Assembly (NCBI GenBank): GCA_951406725.2
Contig: OX597823.1
Span: forward strand, 34,782,001 to 34,846,000
Reading direction: 5' to 3'
From: Octopus vulgaris
Lineage: Eukaryota
DNA length: 64,000 nt
In this document: piece after piece, positions 12,480-26,048 of the stretch
Position numbering within the stretch: position 1 is the first letter of the stretch
Layout of the letters: each line of letters begins with the position of its first letter
The notes under the pieces: model-generated
What the model saw: only the letters and a program-made list of their open reading frames with translations
What the model was told of the DNA's origin: nothing
Databases searched by the model: none
Made by a program: the position numbers and the translations under genes

Positions 12480-13653
12480 CGAGATCTGATCAATAAGTAT
12501 CCGGACTAATGCTATAAAAATAAAACTAGAATGCGTAATAATTTGGCATTTGATCTCCTGCAAAGTAGTCCCCTTCGAAAGCCACACACTTAATCCAGTG
12601 CTGTTTCCATTGATGTCGCAAGGGGTGAGATCTGGGGAATACGATGGCTGTCAGACCTGGGGAATGCCATACCTAGCCAAAAACTGCTGCTGAATGGGTA
12701 GGTGAGTTGTTATGGTGCAATTGCCACTCACTGGGAGTATGCAATTGTGGCATTTTCCCATGAATAGCATCCCGCAAAACGTCACGGTAGTACTCCTTGT
12801 TTACTGTCTAACCAGGTAGAGCATACTCATGACAAACAATCCCCTTATAGTCAAAGGAAACAGTCAACGGTCGTCTTCATATTGCTTTGACTCATTCGTG
12901 CTTTCTTCGGTCTCAGAGAGGTTGGGCTGTTCCACTGCGAAGACTGAGCCTTTGTTTCAGGATCATAACCATAGATCCACGATTCATCACCCGTTATGGT
13001 CGTTTTCAAAAAGTTTTCATCGTTCTCGACACAATCAAGGAGATCTTGTGCAATTGAAATCCGAGTGTCTTTTTGGTCAGCTGAAAGCAGTTTTGGCACA
13101 AACTTAGCAGGGACACATCTCATACCCAAATCTTCAGTGATAATGGACTGAACTGAATCGTAGCTAATCTGCACATCCTCTGATAACTCATGGATGGTAA
13201 TTCGATGATTTCTCATCACAGCTGCGCGCACATCTGCAATGTTTTTCTCATTTCTGCTGGTTGCAGGTCTCCTTGGATTTTCGTCATAGCAGACATTTTC
13301 TCGGCCAACTTGGAAACGTCTGAACCACTCGTACACTCGAGTGCGGCTCATATGCTCCTCTCCATACACTTTTGGCAACTTTGTGTGGGCCTCTGAGCAG
13401 GTATCGCCAAACTTTTGGCAATATTTGATGCAGATTCTCTGTTCAACCTTTTCTGTCATGGTCAATGTTACAATCACAAGCTACACACATCCCTTCCAAG
13501 CACTGCTGTAAACAGCAGAAGGGATGTAGAAAGATAAAACTTAATGCGCATGCACAGCGGGGTTCAAGGTCAATCTGTGCCAAGCGGCTTCACTCTGCGT
13601 TCTTTAGCTTCGTTACTAAGGCAACAGTCCGGATATTTATTGATCAGACCACG
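12480..13653 (-). mobile_element. mariner DNA transposon, defective, both TIRs present
   Basis: 28-bp TIRs (cgagatctgatcaataagtatccggact; right copy at 13626-13653 with 3 mismatches) and TA on the left flank. Confidence 0.9.
12851..13477 (-). pseudogene. mariner transposase, N-terminal 208 aa; remainder frameshifted or deleted
   Basis: EQRICIK, VYEWFRRF, FVPKLLS and TGDESWIYGYDPE motifs. Confidence 0.9.
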
Positions 13654-13678
13654 CCAGCATGGAAAGCGAACCTTAAAC

Positions 13679-13761
<83 letters not shown>

Positions 13762-13770
13762 CGACGACGA
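13679..13770 (+). repeat. (GAT)n tail of a very short RTE 3'-end insertion
   Basis: Preceded by ccagcatggaaagcgaaccttaaac, a variant of the RTE terminus seen at 21320, 33160 and 52715. Confidence 0.75.
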
Positions 13771-13775
13771 TATAT

Positions 13776-14584
13776 ACTCTTTTACTTGTTTCAATCATTT
13801 GACTGCGGCCATGCTGGCGTACTGCCTTTAGTTGAAGAAATCGACCCCAGGACTTATTCTTTGTAAGCCTAGTACTTATTCTATCAGTCTCTTTTGCCGA
13901 ACCGCTGAGTTACGAGGACGTAAACGCACCAGTATCGGTTGTCAGGCGATGTTGGGGAACAAACACAGATACACAATCATCATCATTGTTCGACCGTGAT
14001 TGAGACAATGAAATTTACTATGCTACGCCAGACATCACGGTCCATCATAGCATTACAGAGGTCCTGTTGCTGGATGCCTGTATCCCTGGAAATTACATCA
14101 GGGTAGGAGAGTATGTGCCCTCTGGTATCGCGAGCAGATGGCTTCCAGGGAAGAAGAGTAGAAATTGCCTCGTTTTCAGCTCTACAACAATGTCCAGCAA
14201 ACTGGACTCTCCTACCTTTCACAAGAGATGATACAGGTGGTAGTTTCCCATATATTTGTACTTTGGTTGGATGACGCTTCCATGAGAGATTTTGAGCTCT
14301 CATAAGGAGGCGAGTGTAAGTTCCATCCAACCACCTCTCAAGCTTCTTTGATAACGTCCAGGTTTCTGAGCCATATAGTAGAATTGGTTCGACTGTGGCT
14401 TATACACTCACACATACATATATGTATATACATATATACGACAGGCTTCTTTCAGTTTCCGTCTACCAAATCCACTCACAAGGCTTTGGTTGGCCCAAGG
14501 CTATAGTAGAAGACACATGCCCAAGGTGCTACACAGTGGGACTGAACCCGGAGCCATGTGGTTGGTAAGCAAACCACACAGCCA
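13776..14584 (-). mobile_element. SINE family A split by an RTE-type LINE insertion
   Basis: 3' half at ~13776-13978 and 5' half at ~14402-14584, both on the minus strand. Confidence 0.8.
13980..14400 (-). pseudogene. RTE-type LINE ORF 3' end (different family from 38584-40925)
   Basis: VEPILLYGSETWTL...LDGTYTRLL...SWK...RRVQFAGHC...MMDRDVWR. Confidence 0.8.
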
Positions 14585-14659
14585 AGAAGAATAGGGATTC
14601 GAAGAATCAGAGCTCAGTATAAACTTTTAGCCTGGTGCATGGGTATCGAGAAAAAATGG

Positions 14660-14830
14660 CGAGTTGGCTGATATTTACAGACGACATAGTGCTACTTGGT
14701 TCATCAGAAGATGATTTCTACCATGCCTTAAATGGGTTTCCAGTGAATGCTACAAAACAGGGATGAAAATTAATGTTGCAAAAACTGAGACATTGATCCT
14801 CTCAAGAAATTCATTGCAGTGTACTTTGCA
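14660..14830 (+). pseudogene. Degenerate non-LTR RT fragment
   Basis: LIFTDDIVLL...GMKINVAKTETL. Confidence 0.6.
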
Positions 14831-17559
14831 TGTTAGTGGAACATCAAAGATTTTATCTGCAGAAATTCTACTTACAAAGCCATCTTGTTTGGGAAGAGTT
14901 AAGTTGAAGAATTCTGCAAAGGTAGTAAAATTTTCTGGGCAATGGCTAGAAGGCCCAGGTTACAGACTCCATTGAAGCAGAGCTTACAGACTGTACAAAG
15001 CACGAAGGTATCTGTTACTTTTCTTATAGCCAACTTTCAAATGTAGAGATCAATGAATACATCCTAGTTTTATGCAGTATTCATAGTCTGAACTATTGCA
15101 GTAGTGCTTTGAGTGAACTAATCAGAAGTCTTGGGGTTGAAGGCTTTATTTATGTGAGGAACTTGTGAGGTACTTATCTAATATAATATCAACAATCCTT
15201 TTTCAAGTATCTTTGGTGAGTCAGAGGTGAAGGATATATTTGTTAGTAAATGTAATCACTTACATTAGCATTGAAGTCACTGAAGACGATGAATTTAATG
15301 CATACAACAAACAGGCCTGCGTTGTTAGAGATGTGAGATGTGGTAGACAATGAATGTTGGGTCAAAAAAGTTCTGTCTACCAACAATAGCAGATTTATAT
15401 AACAGAGAAAGATATGAGATGAAGTGGTGAGATCAAACTTCAAGATGATGGGCCATAAAGATAAGATTACACAGGATTGAGTTGATTGGAAACTTGTCGT
15501 TGTGTAGACCTGTTCAACCCATGCTAAAATGGACAATGGATGATGAAATGGTGAGGATGTCTTGAGAATATGAAGAGAGACAATTTTAAAATTATTATTT
15601 TTATCATCCAAGCAAAATGATATACATTTTATTTAAATACAACAATATATACACATGGTTTCTGTTAATTTGTTTTAGAAATAAAAAATGGATTTGAATG
15701 CAAAGTTGGAGATTGTTCTACGGTGACTGTGTCACAATGGCAATATAATTTTATATAAAGCACAATGTTCAGTACAAATGTCATTACATATTTGAAGAAA
15801 CAAAAATATTCTCATAAAAGCCTCTACATTGGATGACCTTTGCTTCAAGACAAGAGGACTCTTGAATCTAAAAATACTGGTTTATCTATTCTGTAATAAC
15901 GTAGAATGTTGTTAAGTATTTGTAATGCAAGTTTTGATGTAACTTTTTGTGGTAAGAAATATTAAAACTCTTTTATAACATTTTAAAATATGCAAAAGAC
16001 AAACAATTGGTATCAGTTTGGTTGGCCCCATACAGAACACGTCTGAAATCCTACATCACTAGTAATGCAAAGTGTGAAAAGTTGGTACGAAGTTTAAGGA
16101 TGCTAAAAATAGCAGCTACATCTTCTTCATATCACACTGTAATATCTTAGTAGTGAAGGACAGACTGGATAATTTGCCCTAGAGTGCAATGTATGTAGCA
16201 AAATGTTGGAATGGTCATGACTGGAAAGTTTTTCATCATAAAGCTAAAAATAACAAGATACATTTTCTGCACATTCTGCTTCCAACACCCCACAAAACAA
16301 ACACAGATTCTGTTTCTCTCCTCCACCAACTTCACCGCCATACATACAACATACACAGAATCTAGAGGCAACCAATCCTGATGCTGTTCTCTCTGTTATT
16401 GTTAGTTGTTATTGTTTCAGCCCCAAACAGACATTTAATCAAAGGCATTCCAGTCATTTTCTTTTAAACACTGCATATATGGGACTACATTATTCAATGC
16501 GTGCTTTGTTTTACTTTGTATGGGTTTTTTTTTTTGTATGTGATTTAAGGGAGATGTGGCTGCTATTTCTAACAAGCTGAATAACAATTACAGTTCACAT
16601 GGTGTTGAATGTCCAACCCTTAAGAAAATCAACCTCTCTGAACCCTTCCATCTGCCTACCAACGTCTCATATAGAATGGAAAGAGTCATAAAAAAGCCAA
16701 ATCATTTACTTCATAAAATCCATTTCCTTTCTCTTCACAGCATCAACCAGTAAAACCAAACCTGACCGAAACCACTTCTCCTTTGACACACACCAGTGGT
16801 CTCTTAATCTTGAAAACTTTAGAAATTTTGACTACAATCAGCATAAGAACTTCTTTGTTATCTTACTGCCTATACATTCTACACATCCTTCATTTCTCAG
16901 ATATAAAGCCTTATGCTTGATCATTTCATTACAGAGTACATTGACAGGGTTTCCACAATCCACATTCTCACATCACCGATGTAGATATCTAGATTCTGTT
17001 ATTTCTTAAAAACACTTTATTCTTTTCATTAATGACATATTTGATGTTCTCTCTAATCACACACACACACACACACACACCAATATAGAAACTATAACAT
17101 TTCATTCCTCTTTAACCATCCAAACACTGATATCAACTATCTACAACCTAGACACCTTCAGTAAGTGACATCACAGCTGAGCCCTTTTAATAATATGAAG
17201 ACTAACTCACTACATACATCAATGAAACACTTACGTACCCACAACCTGAACATCTTACAATCTTATTTTTTGTTGTTGCTAAAGATGTCAGCCTTTAAAA
17301 ATCTCCAATGTTCTTTTGTCAAGACACCAAATGTATAAACATCTCTAAAACTGATTCACAAAGTCCAGACTTCTTTCCAGAATAAGAAGTTTTACAGTTC
17401 TGGCAACAAGTGCAATCCACATTGATGTACTGCTTATATATCTAGACCTGTGCTTCTCCTACACACTCAAACATCATAATCTCATTCATCAACATGCAAT
17501 AAGCTATGTCTAAAACAGCCATTATTTCTTCCTCCTGTTTCTCTAAACTAGTCACCCCA

Positions 17560-17710
17560 ATTTCTCTTCCTCCTTTAGTAACTCTACACTAAGCACTTTT
17601 TTCCCTTACGCCATTCCAGATTGAAACCATCTGGAATTCCTGGCCTATTTTTCCTACAGACATTGAGCTACTACAGATGTTTAAATTATATCAATCACAT
17701 CATTTGTAGT
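17560..17710 (+). pseudogene. CR1/L2-like LINE 3' end, very degenerate
   Basis: Partial KHFF...TIWNS...IFP...QMFK motifs. Confidence 0.4.
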
Positions 17711-18374
17711 GGTCTTACAAAGGTCTTAAGCACTCAACTGCTTTCTCTAATTAGCTAATGAGAAAAAAGATCTGTACTGCTAGCTATTTTTCCTCTCTTT
17801 CCAGTTACTCATCATCTACACTTGTTTTTATGCTTGCAGGGGTCAGACGAAATTCCTTGAAGCAGATCTTCTACAGCCTGATGCTCTTCCTGCCACCAGC
17901 CATTGCCTGGTTCCAAGTAAGCCAATATTTCCTCGTGGACAGATATGTTTATCATGGAAGACAAGAAATAAAGGATTTACTCATGTGAAGATGACGCTTG
18001 TTTGTAGCTATTGCTTTATGTACGTGTTTGTATATATGTATACTCAGAAGTATACATATCTTACTAACTTTCCCTTCCCTTCTTTAGAAAACTGTCTTAT
18101 TAATTTCTCTTAATTTTATTCTTATTGTCTTCCATACTTTTAAAGATTTTCCTTTAAAAATTTAAGTCAGCATTTTTGAAACATTATGTTGTGGGATTAT
18201 TTTTAACATATGTATTTATGATGAGTTTCTTTCAGATTCCGTCTACCAAATCCACTCACAAGACTTTGGTCAACCTGAGGCGATAGTAGGAGACACTTGC
18301 CCAAGGTTCCACGCAGTGGAGCTGAACCCAGAACCATGTATTTGGGAAACAAACTTCTTACCACATATATGTAT

Positions 18375-18923
18375 CATCCTCCTCCTCATCATCGTTTAAC
18401 GTCCGTTTTCCATGCTAGCATGGGTTTGACGGTTCAACCAGGGTCTGGGAAGCCAGGAAGCTGCACCAGGCTCCAGTCTGATCTGGCAGTGTTTCTACAG
18501 CTGGATGCCCTTCCTAACGTCAACCATTCCGTGAGTGTAGTGGGTGCTCTTACCCACTACACTTGCAACGGCCACGATCGGTTGGTGCTTTTTATGTGCC
18601 ACTGGCATGGAAGCCAGTCAAGGCGGTGCTGGCATCGGCCACGTTCAGATGGTGCTTTTTACGTGCCACTGGCACAGGTATCACAACTACAATTTCCATT
18701 TGATTTTTATTTGAAGTTGATGCACTTGACTCAATAGGTTTCCTCAAGCACAGCAGGTTGCCCTACGATCCAAAGTAAGTACAGCAGGCTGTCCTGCAAT
18801 CCAAGGTACTTTGGATGGGCTGGGGTTCCTATGAGAAGCTGGTGCGGGAAACAGCCATGAACTCACGTTATTTGTCAGGTCTTCACAATCACAGCATATC
18901 TCCAGAGGTCTCGGCCTCTTTAC

Positions 18924-18926
<3 letters not shown>
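18375..18926 (-). mobile_element. RTE LINE 3' UTR fragment
   Basis: catcatcgtttaacgtccgttttccatgc terminus. Colinear with 38584-39090. Confidence 0.85.
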
Positions 18927-18959
<33 letters not shown>

Positions 18960-20544
18960 TCTTTTAATCATTAGTTACAATTTGTAAAATATTTCATTAG
19001 GTGAACAATTCAACAAAGTAGGGAATGTCACAAAGAGTGGACATTTTATTCATAGAACTGTGTGTGTATGTGTGTGTGTGCACGTATGTGTGTGTGTGCA
19101 TGTGTGTGTGTGCATGCATGTGTGTGTGTGTGCGTGCATGCATGTGTGTGTGTGTGCACACACGTGTATGTGTTTGTGCACATGTGCATGCCTGTGTGTG
19201 TGGGTGCATGTGTGTGCATGCGTGCACATGTGTGTGTGTGTGTGTGTGTGTATAGATACAGATAGAGATATAAATATTGATTTGGTTTGGTTTTGGGTTT
19301 TGTTGTTGTTGTCGTTTTAGTTTGTTTTTGCTTTGTTTTTCCCAAGACATCTATAGACATATGCTTCTTTTTAATTAACCATTAAATGATAAATAGTTCT
19401 CAAAGTTTGTAAAGCATAAAGTCTTCCCATTTGTCTACACAAAACTGTTTATTTTTACCTTCTGTTAAAGGATTTCTACTCAGTAACATTAACAGTATTG
19501 TATAACAAATTATTTTCTCCAACCAGAATTTCTATTTTTACCTTAGAAACCTCATAGAATTAGACATTCCAACAAGGCAAAGGCAAATCACTCAAGTTGA
19601 AATATTCTGTATAGTCAGCAGGTAATGGTTTATTATCTGTGAGCAAGAACCAAGTATAAATAAATGGCATATTTATGTACAGGTGTTGTAAGTCAAGCTA
19701 TATCTGTGTTCACATACCAAATTATTCTTACTTAGAATGAGAGAAAAAAGCATTATTATTTAATGAAACAAGAAATTTTACCCTAAAATCTCTAGCATTT
19801 TTAATTTCTTTTTTTTGTTTTTGTTAATTGATTTCTTTATGTTTAGTTCTATAAACCATGTTATAATTGAACATTAATACATAATTGATGACTTGCTGAG
19901 TGTTTCTCGGTCTGTGAATTTAGAGATTTTTCCCAACAGTTTATGTCCTTTGCCATTCAGCTGATTGATAAACGTACACTCACTGTCCCACTACAATCAC
20001 TGGTTCATAAACATAATCCTACATCTCTCCCCCTCTCTCTCTCTCTCCTCTCCTCTTCCCCTCTCTCTCCTCTCCCCTCACCCTCTCTCTATTTTGCCAC
20101 TATTACAAAAGAGTCTCCTCTTCAAACCTACCATCTATTTACAACTACCCTTCTACGAGTCCTCCCAATTAACCCACTTCTCTTCCTTTCATCATTTCTC
20201 TTCAATCAGTTATACACACCTAAAATAAAGGCTAGCTACAATAACAAACTCGTTTCAATCCCTAGTTGAAGTCATTTTAATTTCCAGGTATTGCTTATAT
20301 TTTTTATTATTATTACCTTTGGCCAAGTCATGAATATCACAACTTAGAATTTCTGTTCCATCACACACAACATTATCACTTTCTATTCTAATGACCTTTC
20401 TATTATTTTCTTCAGGTTTCAAATCCTTCCAAGGTTAACTTTGTCTTTCATCCCTCTGGAGGTCAAAGAAGAAAAGTGCCAGTCAAGTGCTGCAATCAAC
20501 AGTATCAACGCAACCCCACCCCTCAAAATTCCTGGCCTTGAGGT

Positions 20545-20660
20545 ATTGCAGTGTGGTGGTGTTCATTCATGGACAACTTACTAAAAAAGAAATAGAAAGA
20601 GAATCCCTCATTCCCTGGATAGAATCCTTCCTTGGAACGAAGACTATCCAGATACCTATT
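20545..20660 (+). pseudogene. CR1/L2-like RT fragment
   Basis: HGQLTKK...LIPWIESFL resembles HxxLLxKL...WIxSFL. Confidence 0.4.
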
Positions 20661-21159
20661 TACAGCCAAATGAAATGAACAGTCCCATATATTTGCTATA
20701 TTGTGAAATACCAGTAATACAATGGACAACTTTGTCTGTTTATCCTATTCAGTAATATTACTAATACAATGAACAGTCTGATATATTTGCTATATAGTGA
20801 AATACCAGTAATACAATACACTTAAAGCTTCACAGACAGAATGAATATTTCTTGTCACTTCCATTGAATTGCTACAGCATGTTTGTATCTGTTATGGGTT
20901 GGATCTAAACTCATTTTAAAAGAGTAAAATCCATACATATTTAACCACTATGGTATAAAGTAATCTAAAGAGAGAGAGAGAGAGAAAAGAGAGACGGAGA
21001 GAGGTGGGGAGAGAGAGAAGCATTAGAAAGTAAAAACTGATGTTTATTTTACTGTAAGTATTGAAAAAGTATCTTCAAAGTGATTGTGTCAAAAATGTGA
21101 TAGAACTTACTTTCCAACCTAATAATAATACAATATTTTTACTACATTATGTAAAAAGC

Positions 21160-21351
21160 ACCAACTGATTGTGGTCATTGCCAGCCTCCTCCGGCCCTGT
21201 GCTAGTGGCACGTAAAAAGCACCCACTACACTCACATTAGGAAGAGCACTGCCAGATTGGACTGGAGCCTGGTGCAGCCTCCTGGTTTCCCAGACCCCAG
21301 TCGAACCGACCAACCCATGCCAGCATGGAAAATGGACGTTAGATGATGATG

Positions 21352-21428
<77 letters not shown>
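21160..21428 (+). mobile_element. RTE LINE 3' end with a long (GAT)n tail
   Basis: ccaacccatgccagcatggaaaatggacgtta followed by GAT repeats. Confidence 0.85.
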
Positions 21429-21764
21429 AGGTTATACTGGCAATACAATATCTTTATTATATTGTGCAATACCTGTAATATAATATGCTTATTACATTGT
21501 GTAAAACCAGACTTATGTCTCTCAGGTAAGAATTAAATTTGTAGATTAATGTCAGTAAGAATGTGATGGGATTTGAACCATGACAGTAAGGAATACAGGT
21601 CTTGAACAAACCTGTTGCAAATATTTGCAGATATATTTATCTGACAATAAAAGAATTGGTAAAAATGGAAGCAAAGTTAACTGGAATGAGAGGAGATTTG
21701 AGATTTATAGAACCAATAATCTATTATATGCACAATGCCTGATATTGGGTGGGGGCAGGGGACT

Positions 21765-21930
21765 AGCCGATTACATCAACCCAGTGTATAACTGGTACTT
21801 ATTTTATTAACTCTGAAAGGATGAAAGACAAAGTCGACCTTGGCATAATTTGAACTCAGAACGTAAAGATGGACGAAATTCCACGAAGCATTTTTCTTGG
21901 CATGCTAACGATTCTGCCATCTCACCACCT
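21765..21930 (-). mobile_element. SINE family B
   Basis: actggtactt...gaaaggatgaaagacaaagtcgacc...tttgaactcagaacg. Confidence 0.75.
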
Positions 21931-22935
21931 TATTTATAGAACTATAATGAAGTACTACAGATACAAAATGAACCTGTAAAATTTGCTTAGTAAAGTATGT
22001 CTTGCTTCACCATGGGCCTCAACTCTTCGATGGAAACATAGGGACATCATTGTGATATATGGCATGTCTTGAGCATTTTTAGACCTGATGGAGTCCATCA
22101 CTCTCCAGGTGTGACCACAGCTGAATTCTTTTATGAAAAGAGAGAGAGACAAAAAGAAAGAGTGAGAGAAAGACAAGAGCCAACTGGTAGTGTAGGAATG
22201 GTGTTTTATTCATCAATCCTGAGGAATGAAAAGCAAAGCTGGCTTCATTGGGATTTGAACTGAGCATATACAGATCTGAAATGATTGCCACAAAGCAATG
22301 CATTAGATGCTTATATGACTCGGCCACTTGACTGCCATCACAACAGCATATAAAACAATGTATGATCTTCACCTCAGAAAGAGCCTTCTCTAAAATTGTT
22401 GGAGAAACAAAATAGACAACCATAAATCAGATACAAACAAATACATTAACAAATTCAACCAATTTTATTGTATGCCAAAAACGAAAAGGGAAACTGAAAT
22501 CTGTTTTACCAATAATTGTGGCACATAAATTATTGATTTCTATGAAGTATTTATTGAAACCATTTAAGTTCAACCCATTCTTATTTTTTGGGCAAAAGAC
22601 CAAAAATTAATTGTTTTTCTGAAATACATTTAACAGAACAAACACATGATATGCTAAAAAGTGCTTCTTAAATATACAATATCATCTCTATGTGAGAATT
22701 TCCCGATTCCTTTTGAAGTTGTTCTCTTTTTGTTTCTTACAACATTAATGCACATGTACTTATAGATATATGTGCATGTGTATGTATGTATGTATGTATA
22801 TATGTATGTATGTATGTATGTATACACACATACAAACACACACACATATGCGCACACACACACATACGCACACACACACATACATACACACACACACACA
22901 CACAGAGCAGCAGTAGCAACATTTCACATGTTTTC

Positions 22936-23723
22936 AGGGCTAATGCAGTTTTGCACCACTCATTGAAAAATGCATTTTTTTTAAAAATTTGGTGGGGTTC
23001 CTGTTTTACATGTTGGAGATTACAAATATGCAAAAATAATTTTAACCCCCCCCACACACACACACACACACACCGCCAGATTTTGAACTTTTTCAAAAAT
23101 TTTTTTTCCTTATGTTTTTGATGACAGAAATTCCAAATATGCAAGAAACCACGTTTTCAAATTTTAAATTCAATAAGCATATAGATATGTATATAAAGAG
23201 ATAGATAGATATATCTTCCTGGGGCTAAAAACAACAGTAACACCTTCTTCTCTAGGACCGCCACATTTAGTTGACAAATATATTTTATGAATAAACAGAC
23301 AGGGATAAATAGACAGATAAATAAATCGATGAAAAAGTTCAAAATTTAAAATTGGGGGAGGGGTGAAATTTGAGCCCCTTATTAAACTTTATAACATTAA
23401 TTATTAAATATTAATGTTTGTTTCTCATAAAATGGTGTATATTTAATTTAAATTAAATTATTATTTATGATTATTTAAGTCAAACACAAGTAAAACACAA
23501 TTTCTTTTCACCTTAATGTTTTTGTCTGTATTTAATTTCGATTTGCATTTGTTCATCAATTTGCTACAATCTCTTTAAAGTAAACAAAATTAAAAATTTA
23601 AATGGGGTGAGGAGGGGGGGGATTTAAAAAAATTTCTTTATTTGCACGTTCGTAATCTCCGACGTCTAAAATGTTTTCAAAAAACTGCATTTTCAAGGGG
23701 AGGTACAAAACTGCATTAGCCCC
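22936..23723. mobile_element. Non-autonomous TIR DNA transposon (~790 bp)
   Basis: ~40-bp imperfect TIRs starting (a/g)gggctaatgcagttttg. Flanking atgttttc (22928-22935) and ctgttttc (23724-23731) are a possible 8-bp TSD. Confidence 0.7.
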
Positions 23724-23787
23724 CTGTTTTCTATGATAGCATGAGTTGGACATTTTGAGTGGATCCAAAGGGATAATAATAATAATG

Positions 23788-23833
<46 letters not shown>

Positions 23834-23835
<2 letters not shown>

Positions 23836-24314
23836 TTTTGTCTTGGTATAAAAGATGGGCTACAGAAAATATTCTGCTCAATACCACAGATTTGCTTGTC
23901 AGTTGTTTGACCTTAACCAGTTGAGCATGTCCCTTAGTGGCTGACGATATGTGCATCTCTGATCACGAGCAGAAGTAGTGGGGGAGCATCATAGCCGTGT
24001 GTTGAGAGGGATTCTTTGGGGTTTGAATAATTCACCTCTGGAAACATGGGTGTTTCATTCAACATCCTTAAACAACCCTTATTCAGGGACCTTTCGAGTG
24101 GGATGGGTTACTCAACCTGAAGAAAATTCTAACTGGGCCCCACCTGCAAGGTCATGTGCTGTTTATCTTGATATGAGATCACCATGTCACGCACACATGG
24201 TTGTGATGCATGTACCTAGTGTACCCTTATCAGACGGGTAGTCATAATGGGTATACTGGGCTTCATATATTTTACACCAGTGTCACTTTGATGGCATGCA
24301 CTGCTCTCTCACTC
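23834..24314. mobile_element. ~480-bp unclassified insertion between two (TAA)n tracts
   Basis: GC-richer segment flanked by (AAT)n at 23773-23833 and 24315-24390. Confidence 0.5.
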
Positions 24315-24333
24315 AATAATAATAATAATAATA

Positions 24334-24393
<60 letters not shown>

Positions 24394-24925
24394 TATTACC
24401 CCTAATGGCATTAGTGCACATAGAGAAGACCTAGCAAAGAAAGCAAAGCAATGGATAAATACATTAAGAGCATTTGGAAGCTCAGTGTTTGGGCAATATA
24501 GAAAATACCAGCTGTGGTAGGCAAGTAATACATTAGAGCCATCATGTTTTATATCAGCCCAGCCTCATCGCCCCCTCCATTCGCTCCATAACAACATACA
24601 AAAGAACACAACATAGTATTATGCATTGCACACAAACAACAGTCACAGACCAGCTTACACATCGAGACAAGAATATTAAAAATGGAAGAACAGCCAGATG
24701 TGCAGTACATTGCAGAAACCACAAGTTCAGATGCTACCCCAAAAACATTATCTCCACCTCCACCCAGACAGTCCAGACAAATATTTAAGAAAAAAAACAC
24801 TTGAAAATAGCAGCAGAACAAAGAATGTTAAAAAACCGAAACATAAAAACAAATGAAATGTTGCTAAATGTTTTGGCCACCATGCTAAGGAATCTGCCAG
24901 CTCACTGCCCAAAGACTAAAATATA

Positions 24926-25312
24926 GGCGCAGGAGTGGCTGTGTGGTAAGTAGCTTGCTTACAAACCACATGGTTCTGGGTTCAGTCCCACTGCTTGGCA
25001 CCTTGGGCAAGTGTCTTCTGCTATAGCCTCAGGCCAACCAAAGCCTTGTGAGTGGATTTGGTAGATGGAAACTGAAAGAAGCCTGTCATATATATATGTA
25101 TATATATATGTGTGTATGTTTGTGTGTTGTGCTTGCTCCCCTCCCCTAACAACCGCTGATGGTGTGTTTACGTCCCTGTAACTTAGTGGTTCGGCAAAAG
25201 AGACCAATAGAATAAGTGCTAGGCTTACAAAGAATAAGTCCTGGGGTCAATTTCCTCGATTAAAGGCAGTGCTCCAGCATGGCCACAGTAAAATGACTGA
25301 AACAAGTAAGTA
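24926..25312 (+). mobile_element. SINE family A, full length (partial copies ~18218-18365 minus, ~28952-29115, ~45700-45915, ~49985-50145)
   Basis: A box tggctgtgtgg, B box gggttcagtccc, CORE-like ccttgggcaagt and the family tail. Confidence 0.9.
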
Positions 25313-25629
25313 AAATGAATATTGCATTTGGATTCATATTTCCAATGCACAACATCTGTCATGCTCTGAAGAAGCCCACCTCTAATCTAACTAGAATCAC
25401 CACCACAAGAACCTAGATAGAGGAGCTGCAACATGCCTGCAGTGCTTCATTGTTCTCCATACAATTAACTGTTACATGTCTGAATGTACAGGATGCCTTC
25501 CTAAATTAGACGATGATGCAATATACCTGAAATGTTGTACCTGCCAGGTACACGCCATGTCAGCCTGTTCACTGATCTTATCAGCTTCATGAGTATTGAT
25601 CTGGGCTGAAACATGATAATGGTTTCAAA

Positions 25630-25830
25630 ATTTGATACAAGGCCAGCAGTTTCTGAAGGGAGGGGCAACCAATTACATTGACCCCAGTATTTGACTGGTA
25701 CTTATTTTACCAACGCTGAAAGGATAAAAAGCAAAGTCAGCCTAAGAAAAAATTTAAGCTCAGAACATAAAGACAAATGAAATGTTGCTAAATGTTTTGG
25801 CCACCATGCTAAGGAATCTGCCAGCTCACA
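25630..25830 (-). mobile_element. SINE family B, degenerate
   Basis: acaaggccagca...actggtacttattt...ctcagaacataaagac...tctgccagctc. Confidence 0.7.
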
Positions 25831-26048
25831 GCCCAAAGAATAAAATATACTAACAACTTTGGGTTGAAGCCCTTACTCTTCGCCTGTAATGCTATTGTTC
25901 TTTGGGAGGACATGAATGTCACAACTCTGAAATCTTCTGTTCTATATTTAGCCCCTTCAAATATTACAAATTCAGCCTACACTAATGTAACACTTCCAAA
26001 TTTGTCAAATAGTGATATACCAGCACCTGGCCAAGCTACAGTATATTT

